From SAR86 cluster bacterium (lineage in GTDB: Bacteria > Pseudomonadota > Gammaproteobacteria > Magnimaribacterales > D2472), in contig CP097971.1 of the NCBI GenBank assembly GCA_023703615.1, positions 918,315 to 982,314 on the forward strand: DNA of 64,000 bases, in the 5' to 3' direction. The notes beneath the pieces were generated by a model that made no database searches, had not been told where the DNA came from, and saw only the letters and a list, made by a program, of their open reading frames with translations. Shown one piece after another: positions 7,863 to 18,418 of this stretch; within the stretch, counting starts at the first letter, position 1, and each line of letters starts with the position of its first letter. The position numbers and the translations under genes were made by a program.

Positions 7863-9428
7863 TCATTCCCACTCAATAGTTGCAGGCGGTTTACTGGAAA
7901 TATCGTAAACTACCCTGCTTACATCTTCTATTTCATTAACTATTCTATTAGAAACATGTTCTAAAAATTCATAGGGTAAATGTGCCCATCTAGCTGTCAT
8001 AAAGTCGACTGTCTCAACTGCTCTTAATCCTATAACTTCTGCATATCTTCTTTCATCTCCAACAACTCCAACTGATTTTATTGGTAAAAGAACTGCGAAA
8101 GCTTGACTGACTTTATTGTAATGATCTGCTTTAATGAGCTCCTCTATAAAAATATTATCTGCTTCTTGCAATACTTTCACTTTTTCTTTTGTTACCTCTC
8201 CTAAAATTCTTACACCCAAGCCTGGACCAGGAAAAGGATGTCTATTTATCATTGATGAAGATATACCCATTGCGGCCCCCATTTTTCTTACTTCATCTTT
8301 AAATAGATCTCTTAAGGGTTCAACTAAATTTAATTTCATCTCTTCAGGCAAACCACCCACATTATGATGGGATTTTATGACTCTAGCTTCTTTTGATTCT
8401 GATCCTGAGGACTCTATTACATCAGGATAAATTGTCCCTTGTGCTAAAAATGAAATATCTTTTAACTTTGTTGCTTCTGAATCAAATACATCAATAAAGG
8501 TTCGACCAATTATCTTTCTTTTTTGTTCTGGATCTTCGATATTTTTTAAATGTCTAAAAAAAATTTCTTGAGAATCTGATTTTATAACATTGAGATTCAT
8601 GTGTTCTTTAAATGTTTCCATTACTGAAATAGCTTCATCTTTTCTTAATAATCCATTATCAACAAATACACACGTAAGTTTTTTACCAATTGCCTTGTTA
8701 AGCAAAGCAGCTGTAACTGAAGAATCAACTCCGCCAGATAGCCCTAAAAGAACTTTTTTGTCGCCAACTTGATCTTTGATTTCATTTATTCTTGATGAAA
8801 TTAAATCATCCATCTTCCACTCTGATTTTGCTTTTGCGATATCAAAAATGAAGTTATCCAATATTTCATTTCCACTTTTAGTGTGAGTAACTTCTGGATG
8901 AAACTGAAGAGCATAAATTGGTAAGGTTTTGTGCTGCATTGCTGCTACTGGAGCTGTTTGAGTTGATGCGATAAGATCAAATTCATCTGGTAAATCTTGA
9001 ACTTGATCTCCATGACTCATCCAAACGTTTAATTTTTTAGGTAAATTTTTAAATAAAGTTGAGTCATTCACAATCTTTAGTTCTGAATGTCCAAATTCTT
9101 TTTGATTTGATGATATGACGCTACCACCCATTTGTTCAGCAAGTGTTTGCATGCCGTAGCAAATTCCTAAAATCGGAACATTAATATCAAAGAGGCATTT
9201 TGGTATTCTTGGTGTAAAACTCTCAGTAACAGAATTAGGTCCACCCGAAAGTATTACTGCTTTGGGATTAAGTTTTATAATTTTTTCTTCAGATATGTCC
9301 CATGGTAATATTTCAGAATAAACAAGGCTCTCTCTAACTCTTCTTGCAATTAATTGAGTGTATTGTGAACCAAAATCTAAAACTAAAATTGTGTCAATCT
9401 TTTTATTGCTAACAGATAGTTTGCTCAT
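7863..9428 (-). CDS. guaA: GMP synthase (glutamine-hydrolysing)
   Basis: Full-length 521 aa with GATase 'GICYGMQ', PP-loop '[10 protein letters not shown]' and canonical C-terminus 'KPPATIEWE'. Confidence 0.97.
   Translation of the reverse strand: MSKLSVSNKKIDTILVLDFGSQYTQLIARRVRESLVYSEILPWDISEEKIIKLNPKAVILSGGPNSVTESFTPRIPKCLFDINVPILGICYGMQTLAEQMGGSVISSNQKEFGHSELKIVNDSTLFKNLPKKLNVWMSHGDQVQDLPDEFDLIASTQTAPVAAMQHKTLPIYALQFHPEVTHTKSGNEILDNFIFDIAKAKSEWKMDDLISSRINEIKDQVGDKKVLLGLSGGVDSSVTAALLNKAIGKKLTCVFVDNGLLRKDEAISVMETFKEHMNLNVIKSDSQEIFFRHLKNIEDPEQKRKIIGRTFIDVFDSEATKLKDISFLAQGTIYPDVIESSGSESKEARVIKSHHNVGGLPEEMKLNLVEPLRDLFKDEVRKMGAAMGISSSMINRHPFPGPGLGVRILGEVTKEKVKVLQEADNIFIEELIKADHYNKVSQAFAVLLPIKSVGVVGDERRYAEVIGLRAVETVDFMTARWAHLPYEFLEHVSNRIVNEIEDVSRVVYDISSKPPATIEWE
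7865..7880. repeat. proximal copy of 16-bp direct repeat (genuine guaA 3' end)
   Basis: Exact match to 5231-5246. Encodes TIEWE plus the first base of the stop codon. Confidence 0.9.
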
Positions 9429-9431
9429 TTC

Positions 9432-10895
9432 TTAGCTTCTTTGGTAGTTAGGAGCCTCTTTTGTAATCATCACATCATGAACATGACTTTCAGTCATACC
9501 AGCATTTGTAATTTCAATAAATTGACTATTTTTTTGCATTTCATTGATTGTTTTACATCCAACGTATCCCATGCTTTGTCTTAAGCCGCCTATAAGTTGA
9601 TTGATTACATTAATAACTAATCCTTTATATGGAACTCTACCTTCAATGCCTTCTGGAACAAGTTTATCAGCATCAACATCTTCCTGTAGATATCTGTTTG
9701 CATCTTCTCTTTCAGTCATAGCACCAATGGATCCCATGCCTCTGTATGTTTTAAAGCTTCGACCTTGGAATAATTCAACTTCGCCAGGAGCTTCCTCAGT
9801 ACCAGCAAATAAACCTCCAAGCATAACAGAGTCAGCACCAGCAGAAATAGCTTTTGCAATATCACCAGAGAATCTAATACCACCATCAGCAATAATATTT
9901 ACATTTTTATCTTTTAAAGCATCTTTAATATCTAGTATCGCTGAGATTTGTGGAACACCTATGCCTGCAACAATTCTAGTTGTGCATATTGATCCAGGTC
10001 CCATACCTACTTTCACCGCATCTACGCCTGCCTTTGCTAGCTCAATAGCTGCATCAGCAGTAGCAATGTTTCCACCAATGATATCAATGTCTTTGAATTC
10101 TTTTTTAATTAATTGAACTGTTTTTATTACATTTTTTGAATGTCCATGAGCACTATCGATGACAAATACGTCAACACCTGATTTAAATAAAGCTTCTGCT
10201 CTTTCCATAGTATCACTACCTGTACCTAATGCAGCACCGACCATTAACCTGCCTGATGAATCTTTGGTTGCGTCTGGATGTTGGGCTGATTTTTCAATAT
10301 CTTTCATCGTAACCAAACCAGTTAATAATTTTTGAGAATCTAAAACTAAAACTTTTTCAATTCTATTTTCATACATTAATCTTTTAACTTCATCTTGAGA
10401 AGTTCCCTCTTGAACAGTTACTAATCTATTTAATGGGGTCATGATTGATGCAACAGAGGATTCCATGTTATCTGCATAGCGAAAATCTCTACTTGTAACA
10501 ATACCCATCAGTTCACCATTATCTAAGACTGGCATACCAGATATATTTAACTCATTAGTTAATTGCTTAAGCTCAGAGATTGATTTTGTTGAATGAATAG
10601 TAACTGGATCTCTAACGATTCCACTTTCATATTTTTTTACGGCCCTTACTATATTTGATTGCTCTTCAATTGAATTATTTTTATGAACAATACCAATGCC
10701 ACCTGCTTCAGCAAGAGATATACCCATCCTGGATTCAGTTACAGTATCCATGGCTGCAGATATTAATGGAGTTTTTAAGGCTATGTTTTTAGTGAGATAA
10801 GTTTCTGTTACAGCTTCGCTAGGTAAGAAATCACTGTACCTAGGCAGGAGAAGAACATCATCAAATGTCAGTGCTTTAGATTTTACTTTGTCCAT
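9432..10895 (-). CDS. guaB: IMP dehydrogenase
   Basis: 487 aa. 'LTFDDVLLLP', an internal CBS pair and the catalytic loop 'GPGSICTTR'. Confidence 0.97.
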   Translation of the reverse strand: MDKVKSKALTFDDVLLLPRYSDFLPSEAVTETYLTKNIALKTPLISAAMDTVTESRMGISLAEAGGIGIVHKNNSIEEQSNIVRAVKKYESGIVRDPVTIHSTKSISELKQLTNELNISGMPVLDNGELMGIVTSRDFRYADNMESSVASIMTPLNRLVTVQEGTSQDEVKRLMYENRIEKVLVLDSQKLLTGLVTMKDIEKSAQHPDATKDSSGRLMVGAALGTGSDTMERAEALFKSGVDVFVIDSAHGHSKNVIKTVQLIKKEFKDIDIIGGNIATADAAIELAKAGVDAVKVGMGPGSICTTRIVAGIGVPQISAILDIKDALKDKNVNIIADGGIRFSGDIAKAISAGADSVMLGGLFAGTEEAPGEVELFQGRSFKTYRGMGSIGAMTEREDANRYLQEDVDADKLVPEGIEGRVPYKGLVINVINQLIGGLRQSMGYVGCKTINEMQKNSQFIEITNAGMTESHVHDVMITKEAPNYQRS

Positions 10896-10936
10896 GTTGG
10901 ATTATACCAATACTTAAAAGAAAAAAAAATATCTAT

Positions 10937-11164
10937 TTAAAAAACTAGTCCTAAAATATAAATGGCTGTGAGTCCGGCATTTAGAACAATCAAAGATTGT
11001 TCCTTCCATAAAATTCCAACAAGAACCCATAATGAGTTTGCAGAAATAAAAGCCCAATGATGGTACTCTAACTCAGGAACAAAGCTAGCAAGGCCTGCAG
11101 CGATAATTAAAATTGCTGTGGCAATCCATGCTAATGATTGATAAGGCTTTTCGTTTTGATTCAT
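10937..11164 (-). CDS. small 3-TM membrane protein of unknown function
   Basis: 75 aa with three hydrophobic helices. Sits directly upstream of guaB. Confidence 0.4.
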   Translation of the reverse strand: MNQNEKPYQSLAWIATAILIIAAGLASFVPELEYHHWAFISANSLWVLVGILWKEQSLIVLNAGLTAIYILGLVF

Positions 11165-11176
11165 AATTTAGATTAA

Positions 11177-11518
11177 TTAATTTTTGTATAATCTATCTGT
11201 TTTGGCAGCGCATATAAAATCATTCTGATGTAAGCCTTGAATTTTGTGAGACCACCAAATAACTCTAACTTTTCCCCACTCAAGGGTAATTTTTGGATGA
11301 TGATCTTCTTCATCAGCAAGAGTCGCTACTTTATTTGTGAAAACTAAAGATTGTTCGTAATCGGAAAATTTAAATAGGCATGTTAGTTTTTTTATATTGT
11401 TTTCTTCAATTACGTCCCACAAAGGTATTTGAGACATAAGAATAGGAATTTCTTCATTCGACACTTTTGGTGCATCTATTCTGCAAGCTTCACATTTTTT
11501 ATTAATTAATTCATTCAT
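11177..11518 (-). CDS. phhB: pterin-4-alpha-carbinolamine dehydratase
   Basis: 113 aa. 'EEDHHPKITLEWGKVRVIWWSH' is the PCD core (HHP...W.TH pattern). Confidence 0.8.
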   Translation of the reverse strand: MNELINKKCEACRIDAPKVSNEEIPILMSQIPLWDVIEENNIKKLTCLFKFSDYEQSLVFTNKVATLADEEDHHPKITLEWGKVRVIWWSHKIQGLHQNDFICAAKTDRLYKN

Positions 11519-12904
11519 TTAAATGCCGCCTTTAGAAAGTTTGGATGGATTAAGAAGTTTAGCAAGTTTAGCTTTAGATATGTTCGTTTCTTCTTCAGCC
11601 ACATCAATGATTGGCCTCTTTTCTTTATATGCCTTTTTTGCAATAAATGCTGCTTTTTCATATCCAATTATTGGGTTGAGTGCGGTAACTAAAATAGGGT
11701 TTTTTTGTAAAGATTCATTCAAATTATTATGATTAACCTTGAAAGATTTGATTGCTTTCTTTGACAAAACTGACATTGAACCAGCTAAAAGGCTTATGCT
11801 TTTTAGCAAATTGTATGCGATTACAGGTAACATTACGTTGAGTTGAAAATTTCCAGACTGGGCTGCTACTGAAATTGATGCGTCGTTTCCTATTACATCG
11901 GCAGAAACCATTGCTACTGCCTCAGGTATAACTGGATTCACTTTACCTGGCATTATACTGCTGCCTGGCTGAAGCGCTTTTAATTCAATTTCAGACAATC
12001 CAGCCAAAGGTCCACTATTCATCCATCTCAAATCATTAGAAATTTTCATCAGGACAATAGCAAGATTTTTAAGCTCTCCCGAAAGCTGGACAGAAGTATC
12101 TTGTGCACTTAATTCATGATAAAAATTCTTACTTGGAACAAATTTATGCTTTAGCAATTTTGATACTTCTATTGAGAAATTTTTAGCAAATTGTTTGTGT
12201 GCATTAATCCCTGATCCAACTGCAGTTCCTCCTTGGGGAAGTTGAAGTAATTTATTTTCTAGGATATGTAACATTTCTTTTGATGATTTTAATTGACTTG
12301 ACCAAGCTCCAATTTCTTCAGCAAAATCTATAGGCATTGCATCCATAAGATGAGTTCTGCCAGTTTTAATTACTCCTTCAACAGATACAGCCTTAGAATC
12401 AATATCTTTAATAAGATTTTCTAAAGCAGGCAAAAGCTTACTTGTTAAATCCATATGCGCACTTATTTTTATTGCAGTTGGGATAACATCATTGCTACTT
12501 TGACTCATATTTACATCATCATTCGGTGAAATTGAAGTTTTTGAATATTTTGAAGCGAGATTAGCAATAACTTCATTGGCATTCATATTTGAGCTTGTTC
12601 CTGACCCTGTTTGAAAAACATCAATTGGAAACTCATGATGATGTTTTTCTTGCCATATCTCTTTAGCAGCTTTAGAAATTGATTTTGATTTCTTTGAAGA
12701 AATCAATTTTAATTTTAAATTAGCTTTTGCAGCTGCATCTTTGATTATTCCAAGGGAACTCACAAAAGACTTTGTAAATGGGAAGTCCATTTTAATACCA
12801 CTGATAGGAAAATTATTGATAGCCCTCTGAGTTTGCGCACCCCAAAGAGCTTTAGATGGCACTTTAACTTCACCTAAACTATCTTTTTCAATTCTAAATT
12901 TCAT
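11519..12904 (-). CDS. fumC: class II fumarate hydratase
   Basis: 461 aa. 'GSSIMPGKVNP' signature, 'TGRTHLMDA' and N-terminal 'EKDSLGEVKVP'. Confidence 0.95.
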   Translation of the reverse strand: MKFRIEKDSLGEVKVPSKALWGAQTQRAINNFPISGIKMDFPFTKSFVSSLGIIKDAAAKANLKLKLISSKKSKSISKAAKEIWQEKHHHEFPIDVFQTGSGTSSNMNANEVIANLASKYSKTSISPNDDVNMSQSSNDVIPTAIKISAHMDLTSKLLPALENLIKDIDSKAVSVEGVIKTGRTHLMDAMPIDFAEEIGAWSSQLKSSKEMLHILENKLLQLPQGGTAVGSGINAHKQFAKNFSIEVSKLLKHKFVPSKNFYHELSAQDTSVQLSGELKNLAIVLMKISNDLRWMNSGPLAGLSEIELKALQPGSSIMPGKVNPVIPEAVAMVSADVIGNDASISVAAQSGNFQLNVMLPVIAYNLLKSISLLAGSMSVLSKKAIKSFKVNHNNLNESLQKNPILVTALNPIIGYEKAAFIAKKAYKEKRPIIDVAEEETNISKAKLAKLLNPSKLSKGGI

Positions 12905-12962
12905 ATTTTGCCTTTTTTTGATAAGCTATTTTAACACTAATGAGTGATGGAGATAAAAAACT

Positions 12963-13772
12963 ATGTCAAATGTTTCACCAATTAAGATAGATATTTTAGA
13001 TGGAAGGCTTCCGGTAAAAGAAAAAGGTATTAAAATGCAAGAATTTTCAAGTACGGCTGAACTTAGAAGAAACCAACTTGAGAAACTTGCTGCAGGCTTT
13101 AGATTGTTTGATTATTTTGGTTTTAATGAGGGACTTGCTGGCCACATTACTTATAGAGATCCAGAATTTGCAGACCATTTTTGGGTAAATCCTCTAGGTG
13201 TTCATTTCTCCCAAATTTCAGTATCTGATCTTATTTTAGTAAATCATGATGGTAATATTATTCAAGGTGATAAGGACATTAATGTAGCTGCTTTTGCAAT
13301 TCACTCAAGGCTTCATCAAGCCAGACCTGATATAAACTCAGCTGCTCATTCTCATTCTATATATGGAAGGACATTTTCAACATTAGGAAAACTACTTGAT
13401 CCAATATCTCAAGATGCTTGTGCATTTTATGAAAATCAAAGCATTTATAAAGATTTTTCTGGAGTCGTTGAAGAAGTTGATGAAGGTGATGAAATAGCTA
13501 AAGCTTTGGGTGATAAAAAAGTTATTATCATGCAAAACCATGGAATTTTAACAACAGGCCCATCAGTCGACATCGCCTTGTGGTTTTACATGTCTATGGA
13601 AAGATCCTGTCAGGCTCAGTTGATGGCAGAAGCAGCAGGAGATCCAGTAATTATTGATCATGAAACAGCTGTTAAAACAAGAGAGTTTATTGCAAATGAC
13701 ATTGCAGCTTGGGCAAGTTATCAACCAGCTTTTGACAAAATTGTTAAAGCCCAGCCAGATCTATTAGATTAA
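12963..13772 (+). CDS. class II aldolase/adducin family protein
   Basis: 'GHITYRDP', 'AAFAIHSRLHQARPDINSAAHSHS' and 'MQNHGILT' motifs. Confidence 0.8.
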   Translation: MSNVSPIKIDILDGRLPVKEKGIKMQEFSSTAELRRNQLEKLAAGFRLFDYFGFNEGLAGHITYRDPEFADHFWVNPLGVHFSQISVSDLILVNHDGNIIQGDKDINVAAFAIHSRLHQARPDINSAAHSHSIYGRTFSTLGKLLDPISQDACAFYENQSIYKDFSGVVEEVDEGDEIAKALGDKKVIIMQNHGILTTGPSVDIALWFYMSMERSCQAQLMAEAAGDPVIIDHETAVKTREFIANDIAAWASYQPAFDKIVKAQPDLLD

Positions 13773-15196
13773 CTAGCTTGAGGAAAAATTAAGGCCTTTG
13801 TTTCTAAAAAGTCTTCCATTCCATGGACACCATGCTCTCTTCCATTTCCAGACGTTTTATAACCGCCAAAAGGAGCTCCTGTACCTCTTGCTCCCCCATT
13901 AATAGTAATTTGCCCTGCTCTAATTTTTCTTCCAACCTCTTGAGCATGAGATAGTTCGCCTTGGACATAACCAGCCAAACCATATTCTGAGTCATTAGCA
14001 ATATTAATTGCTTCATCCTCTGTATTATATTTTATGATACATAACACAGGTCCAAATATTTCTTCTTGAGCAATAGTCATATCATTAGTTACATCAGCAA
14101 AAACCGTAGGTTTAACATAAAAACCTTTTTCATAACCATCTGGTTTATCAATGCCTCCAGCAACAAGTTTTGCACCTTCTTCGATACCTATTTCAATCAT
14201 TCTTATTATTTTTTCATATTGGGTTCTATTTGATATTGGTCCAATTCTATATTCTCCATTTGGATCACCAACAGTTGTTGAATTTGCTACCTCAACTGCA
14301 ACTTCTACAGCTTTTTCATAATTTTTTTCTGAAACTAAAAGCCTTGTGGGTGCATTACAAGATTGACCAGAATTTAAAAAACAATGGCCAACTCCACCTT
14401 TAACTGATTTTTCTAGATCTGCTACAGAGTCGAGGATTATATTTGCTGACTTACCACCCAATTCTTGCGAAACTCTTTTAACAGAGGCTGCAGAAGCTTG
14501 AGCAACTGCAATACCTGCTCTAGTTGAGCCTGTGATAGACATCATATCGACATTGACATGCTCAGATAATGCTGCACCAACTATTGGGCCATATCCATTT
14601 ACTAAATTGAATACGCCTTTTGGTAGTCCAGCTTTATCAATTACTTCAGCTAATAACATCGCGCAATATGGAGATATTTCGCTGGGTTTTAATATCATAG
14701 TACATCCAGACGCAATAGCAGCAGATACTTTAGTTGTAATTTGATTCATTGGCCAATTCCAAGGAGTTATCATGCCAATTACGCCAATTGGTTCTTTTCT
14801 TAATAAATAATCTCCTTCAGGCTTCTCAAATTCATAAATTTTTAAAGCATCAAGTGTTTCATTAAAATTTTTAATGCCAGTTGATGCTTGAGCTCTATTA
14901 GATAGCCATGTTGGTGCACCCATTTCAAGAGTAATAGTTTCAACAAAATCTTGATATCTGTTTTCATATTCTTTAATAATAGCTTCTAGGTATTCGATCC
15001 TCTCTTTTTTTGTTGTTTGGCCAAACGATTTAAATGCTTCATTAGCAGCCTTAACTGCAGAATTAATATCTTGTTTTGAACCTGCAGTGACATGTCCAAT
15101 TATTTCTTCATTTGCAGGATTAACCACCTCAATTGTTTCAGAAGAATCTGATTCAACCCATTCACCATTAATATAGAAATTTAATTCATCTCTCAT
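13769..15196 (-). CDS. NAD(P)-dependent aldehyde dehydrogenase
   Basis: 475 aa. 'ELGGKS' and 'FLNSGQSCNAPTR' (catalytic Cys region), plus 'PWNWP'. Confidence 0.9.
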   Translation of the reverse strand: MRDELNFYINGEWVESDSSETIEVVNPANEEIIGHVTAGSKQDINSAVKAANEAFKSFGQTTKKERIEYLEAIIKEYENRYQDFVETITLEMGAPTWLSNRAQASTGIKNFNETLDALKIYEFEKPEGDYLLRKEPIGVIGMITPWNWPMNQITTKVSAAIASGCTMILKPSEISPYCAMLLAEVIDKAGLPKGVFNLVNGYGPIVGAALSEHVNVDMMSITGSTRAGIAVAQASAASVKRVSQELGGKSANIILDSVADLEKSVKGGVGHCFLNSGQSCNAPTRLLVSEKNYEKAVEVAVEVANSTTVGDPNGEYRIGPISNRTQYEKIIRMIEIGIEEGAKLVAGGIDKPDGYEKGFYVKPTVFADVTNDMTIAQEEIFGPVLCIIKYNTEDEAINIANDSEYGLAGYVQGELSHAQEVGRKIRAGQITINGGARGTGAPFGGYKTSGNGREHGVHGMEDFLETKALIFPQAS

Positions 15197-15263
15197 TTTT
15201 GCTCCAGTGTCTTATGTAAATTTAAAAATTATACCTAAATAAAAAACTTCTTTAACTAGCTTT

Positions 15264-16943
15264 TTAAAATAAGCCCTTTATATTTTTTTTGTCATCCACG
15301 CTTATAGCCTCTGATGCAGGTTTCCTAGGCAACCCTGGCATAGTCATTATTTCACCGCAAATAACTACGATAAATTCAGCCCCAGAACAAAGTCTAATTT
15401 CTCTAATAGGAACTTCGTGTCCAGAAGGTGCTCCCATCAAAAGTGGATCTGTAGAAAAACTATATTGTGTCTTTGCCATACAAATTGGATAGGAACCAAA
15501 ACCATCTTTTTCAAATTTTTCAAATTTATTTCTGACTTTTTTATCTGCAATAATATTCTCAGCACCATAAATATTTTTTGCAATTGACTTTGTTTTTTCC
15601 CAAAGAGTCATTTCATCATCATAAAGCAGTTTGAAATTTGAAGTGTTCGATTCAATTATTTCTACGACTTCTTGTGCTAAACTTTCAGCGCCTTTGCCTC
15701 CATCTGACCAATGTGAAGAAATTTTACAACTTACTTTTAAATTTTCACAAAACTTTACGATTGCATTGTGCTCATTCTGTGTATCAGTAATAAAATCATT
15801 GATTGCAACAACAACAGGTACACCAAATTTTTTAATATTTTCTATATGTCTTCCTAGATTTTCACATCCATTTATAACAGCATCAATGTTTTCAGAATTA
15901 AGGTCTTCTTTTTTTACACCACCATGCATTTTTAATGCTTTAGTAGTCGCTACTAGCACTACTGCATCTGGTTTAAGTTCAGCTTTTCTACATTTAATAT
16001 CAAAAAATTTTTCTGCTCCTAAATCAGCACCAAATCCAGCCTCAGTGACAACATAATCTGCTAATTTTAATGCGCTCTTTGTAGCAATAACTGAATTGCA
16101 TCCATGAGCAATATTAGCAAAAGGGCCTCCATGCATTAATGCAGGATTATTTTCAAGAGTCTGAACTAAATTAGGCTGAAATGCATCTCTTAAAAGTGCA
16201 GTCAATGCTCCTTGTGCATTTAATTGCCTAACTTTAATTGGCTCTTGATTTCTTTTGTATCCAATAACAATATTTCCAATTCTTTCTTCTAAATCTTTTA
16301 AGTCTGTTGCCAGACAAAATACTGCCATTATTTCAGATGCAACTGTGATATCAAATCCACTTTGACGAGGTATACCATTTCCAACTCCTCCAAGTCCACA
16401 GGTAATATCTCGAAGTGACCTATCATTCATGTCTACTACTCTTCTCCATGTAATTCTTCTGGGATCAATTTCTAAAGAATTTTCCCAATGAATATGATTA
16501 TCAACTAGTGCTGATAATAAATTGTGAGCAGCACTAATCGCATGAAAGTCTCCTGTAAAATGAAGATTTATATCTGTCATAGGCACTACTTGGGCATAGC
16601 CACCTCCAGCTGCACCTCCCTTCATACCAAAACATGGACCCAAGCTTGGCTCTCTTAGACAAATTAAGGCTTTTTTACCTATACTGCATAAGCCATCAAC
16701 TAAACCAACACTTGTTGTCGTTTTTCCCTCACCAGCAGGTGTAGGTGAAATTGCAGTTACAAGAATTAATTTTCCGTCTTTATTTTTAGTAGTTTTATCA
16801 AGAAAATCATATGTAATTTTTGCTTTATCATTCCCATAGAGAATGAGACCATTTTCATCGATACCAATACTTGATGCTATTTCAGTAATTGGCTTTTTTT
16901 TAGCTAAACTAGCAATTTCTAAATCACTTTTTACACTGGTCAT
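15264..16943 (-). CDS. fhs: formate--tetrahydrofolate ligase
   Basis: 559 aa. '[15 protein letters not shown]' and '[15 protein letters not shown]'. Confidence 0.95.
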   Translation of the reverse strand: MTSVKSDLEIASLAKKKPITEIASSIGIDENGLILYGNDKAKITYDFLDKTTKNKDGKLILVTAISPTPAGEGKTTTSVGLVDGLCSIGKKALICLREPSLGPCFGMKGGAAGGGYAQVVPMTDINLHFTGDFHAISAAHNLLSALVDNHIHWENSLEIDPRRITWRRVVDMNDRSLRDITCGLGGVGNGIPRQSGFDITVASEIMAVFCLATDLKDLEERIGNIVIGYKRNQEPIKVRQLNAQGALTALLRDAFQPNLVQTLENNPALMHGGPFANIAHGCNSVIATKSALKLADYVVTEAGFGADLGAEKFFDIKCRKAELKPDAVVLVATTKALKMHGGVKKEDLNSENIDAVINGCENLGRHIENIKKFGVPVVVAINDFITDTQNEHNAIVKFCENLKVSCKISSHWSDGGKGAESLAQEVVEIIESNTSNFKLLYDDEMTLWEKTKSIAKNIYGAENIIADKKVRNKFEKFEKDGFGSYPICMAKTQYSFSTDPLLMGAPSGHEVPIREIRLCSGAEFIVVICGEIMTMPGLPRKPASEAISVDDKKNIKGLF

Positions 16944-16996
16944 ATCACTACTCCAAGAACCATAAGAAACTTAGTATATCTATCTTAAACAGACAA

Positions 16997-18418
16997 TCAA
17001 AGGCTTTTTTTTGCTAAATTAAAAGCTTCTACAGCCCTAATTCTTGAAGTTTTAAGATCAAGAATTTTGTTGGGATATTTTAGATATTTTCGGTGCTCAT
17101 CAGATGGATCGTGAATAGAAGATTTATCTAAATCTTTTAACTCTGGGACGTATTTTTTAATAAATGAGCCATCTTTATCAAAATTTTTAGATTGAGTGAT
17201 TGGATTAAAAATTCGAAAATAAGGAGCTGCATCTGTACCAGTAGAGCTGCTCCATTGCCAACCACCGTTGTTAGAAGCAAAATCGCCGTCAATTAAATTT
17301 TTCATAAAAAACTCCTCTCCAAGTCTCCAATCATGAAGCATGTTTTTAGTAAAGAACATTGCGACAACCATTCTTAGCCTGTTGTGCATCCAACCTTCAT
17401 GCATTAATTGACGCATTGCTGCATCTATTATTGGAAATCCAGTAGCTCCATTTTTCCATGCTTCAAATTGTTTAGAATCAAATAACCAATTTATAGAATT
17501 TGTGTAGTCTTGGAATGGCATCCCTTTGCTAACTTTTGGAAAACAATACATAATATTTTTGTAGAATTCTCTCCAAACAATTTCATCTACCCATTTGGTA
17601 ATGCCAATGTTGCCAGAAGTAAATTCAAAATTATTTAATTTCATAGCCTCTAAGATACAGCGTTTTGGTGAAATTATTCCAAGTGAAAGATATGGTGATA
17701 GTCTACTAGTTCCGTCCAAAATAGGATCATTTCTATCTTTAGAGTAGTCATAAACTTTTTTAGATAAAAATTTTTTTAGTATTTTTTTTGATTCTTGTTC
17801 ACCTATTTTCCAATTAGTCATATCAACTTTGTGAGATTTTTTGAACTTAAAATCAAATTGATTTACATTTGATTTAAGATTTGATTTTTCAAATATTGGA
17901 TAAGTAAAATCTATATCTAGTAATTCCATTTTAAAATTTTCTATCCATCTTCTCTTAAAAGGTGTGAATACTGAAAAAGGTTTGCCCTGACCTGTCTTTA
18001 AAAAACCTGGTTCAAATAGAACTTTATCGTGAAAAGATTCTGAGATAATATCATTTTTTTTAAGTAGAACTTTTACGGCATCATCTCTATTTTTTTCATC
18101 TTCTCCAAATTCATTATTTAAAAATAATTTATTAATATTATTTTGTTTTGAATAATCCAAAATTAATCTAGGTATTTCAATAATATTTTTAGATTTTATA
18201 ATAGTAAGAGGGATATTAAGCTTTTTTAAAGATTTGTTAAGATCTTTAAGTGATTGTATTAAAAAATCTATTTTACAATTAGCTTCATAGTGTTTTTTTA
18301 TTTGATCTTCAGAAAATATATATATAGCTTCAACAGATTTAGAATTTTTGCATGCATTTTTTAATGCAGGATTATCATCAATTCTTAAATCAGTCCTTAG
18401 CCATACTAAACTATTCAT
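16997..18418 (-). CDS. phrB: deoxyribodipyrimidine photolyase
   Basis: 473 aa. 'TSRLSPYL', 'WREFY', 'GWMHNRLRMVVA' and 'GGWQW' motifs. Confidence 0.9.
   Translation of the reverse strand: MNSLVWLRTDLRIDDNPALKNACKNSKSVEAIYIFSEDQIKKHYEANCKIDFLIQSLKDLNKSLKKLNIPLTIIKSKNIIEIPRLILDYSKQNNINKLFLNNEFGEDEKNRDDAVKVLLKKNDIISESFHDKVLFEPGFLKTGQGKPFSVFTPFKRRWIENFKMELLDIDFTYPIFEKSNLKSNVNQFDFKFKKSHKVDMTNWKIGEQESKKILKKFLSKKVYDYSKDRNDPILDGTSRLSPYLSLGIISPKRCILEAMKLNNFEFTSGNIGITKWVDEIVWREFYKNIMYCFPKVSKGMPFQDYTNSINWLFDSKQFEAWKNGATGFPIIDAAMRQLMHEGWMHNRLRMVVAMFFTKNMLHDWRLGEEFFMKNLIDGDFASNNGGWQWSSSTGTDAAPYFRIFNPITQSKNFDKDGSFIKKYVPELKDLDKSSIHDPSDEHRKYLKYPNKILDLKTSRIRAVEAFNLAKKSL

Larger units (their letters stand above)
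5231..7880. mobile_element. candidate integrated genomic islet (no recombinase present) bounded by direct repeats of the guaA 3' end
   Basis: The identical 16-mer attcccactcaatagt occurs at 5231-5246 and 7865-7880. The second copy encodes the last five codons of guaA plus the first stop base. The enclosed genes are all non-housekeeping. Confidence 0.4.

Noticed and set aside
9601-10116. Long antisense ORFs inside well-supported genes. Examples: 171 aa within guaB, 141 aa at 15631-16056 within fhs, and 91-106 aa ORFs within the crotonase, CapD-like and pheT genes.
   Set aside because: They lie entirely inside strongly supported genes on the opposite strand, have low-complexity or biased composition, and carry no recognisable motifs. 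They are typical shadow ORFs.
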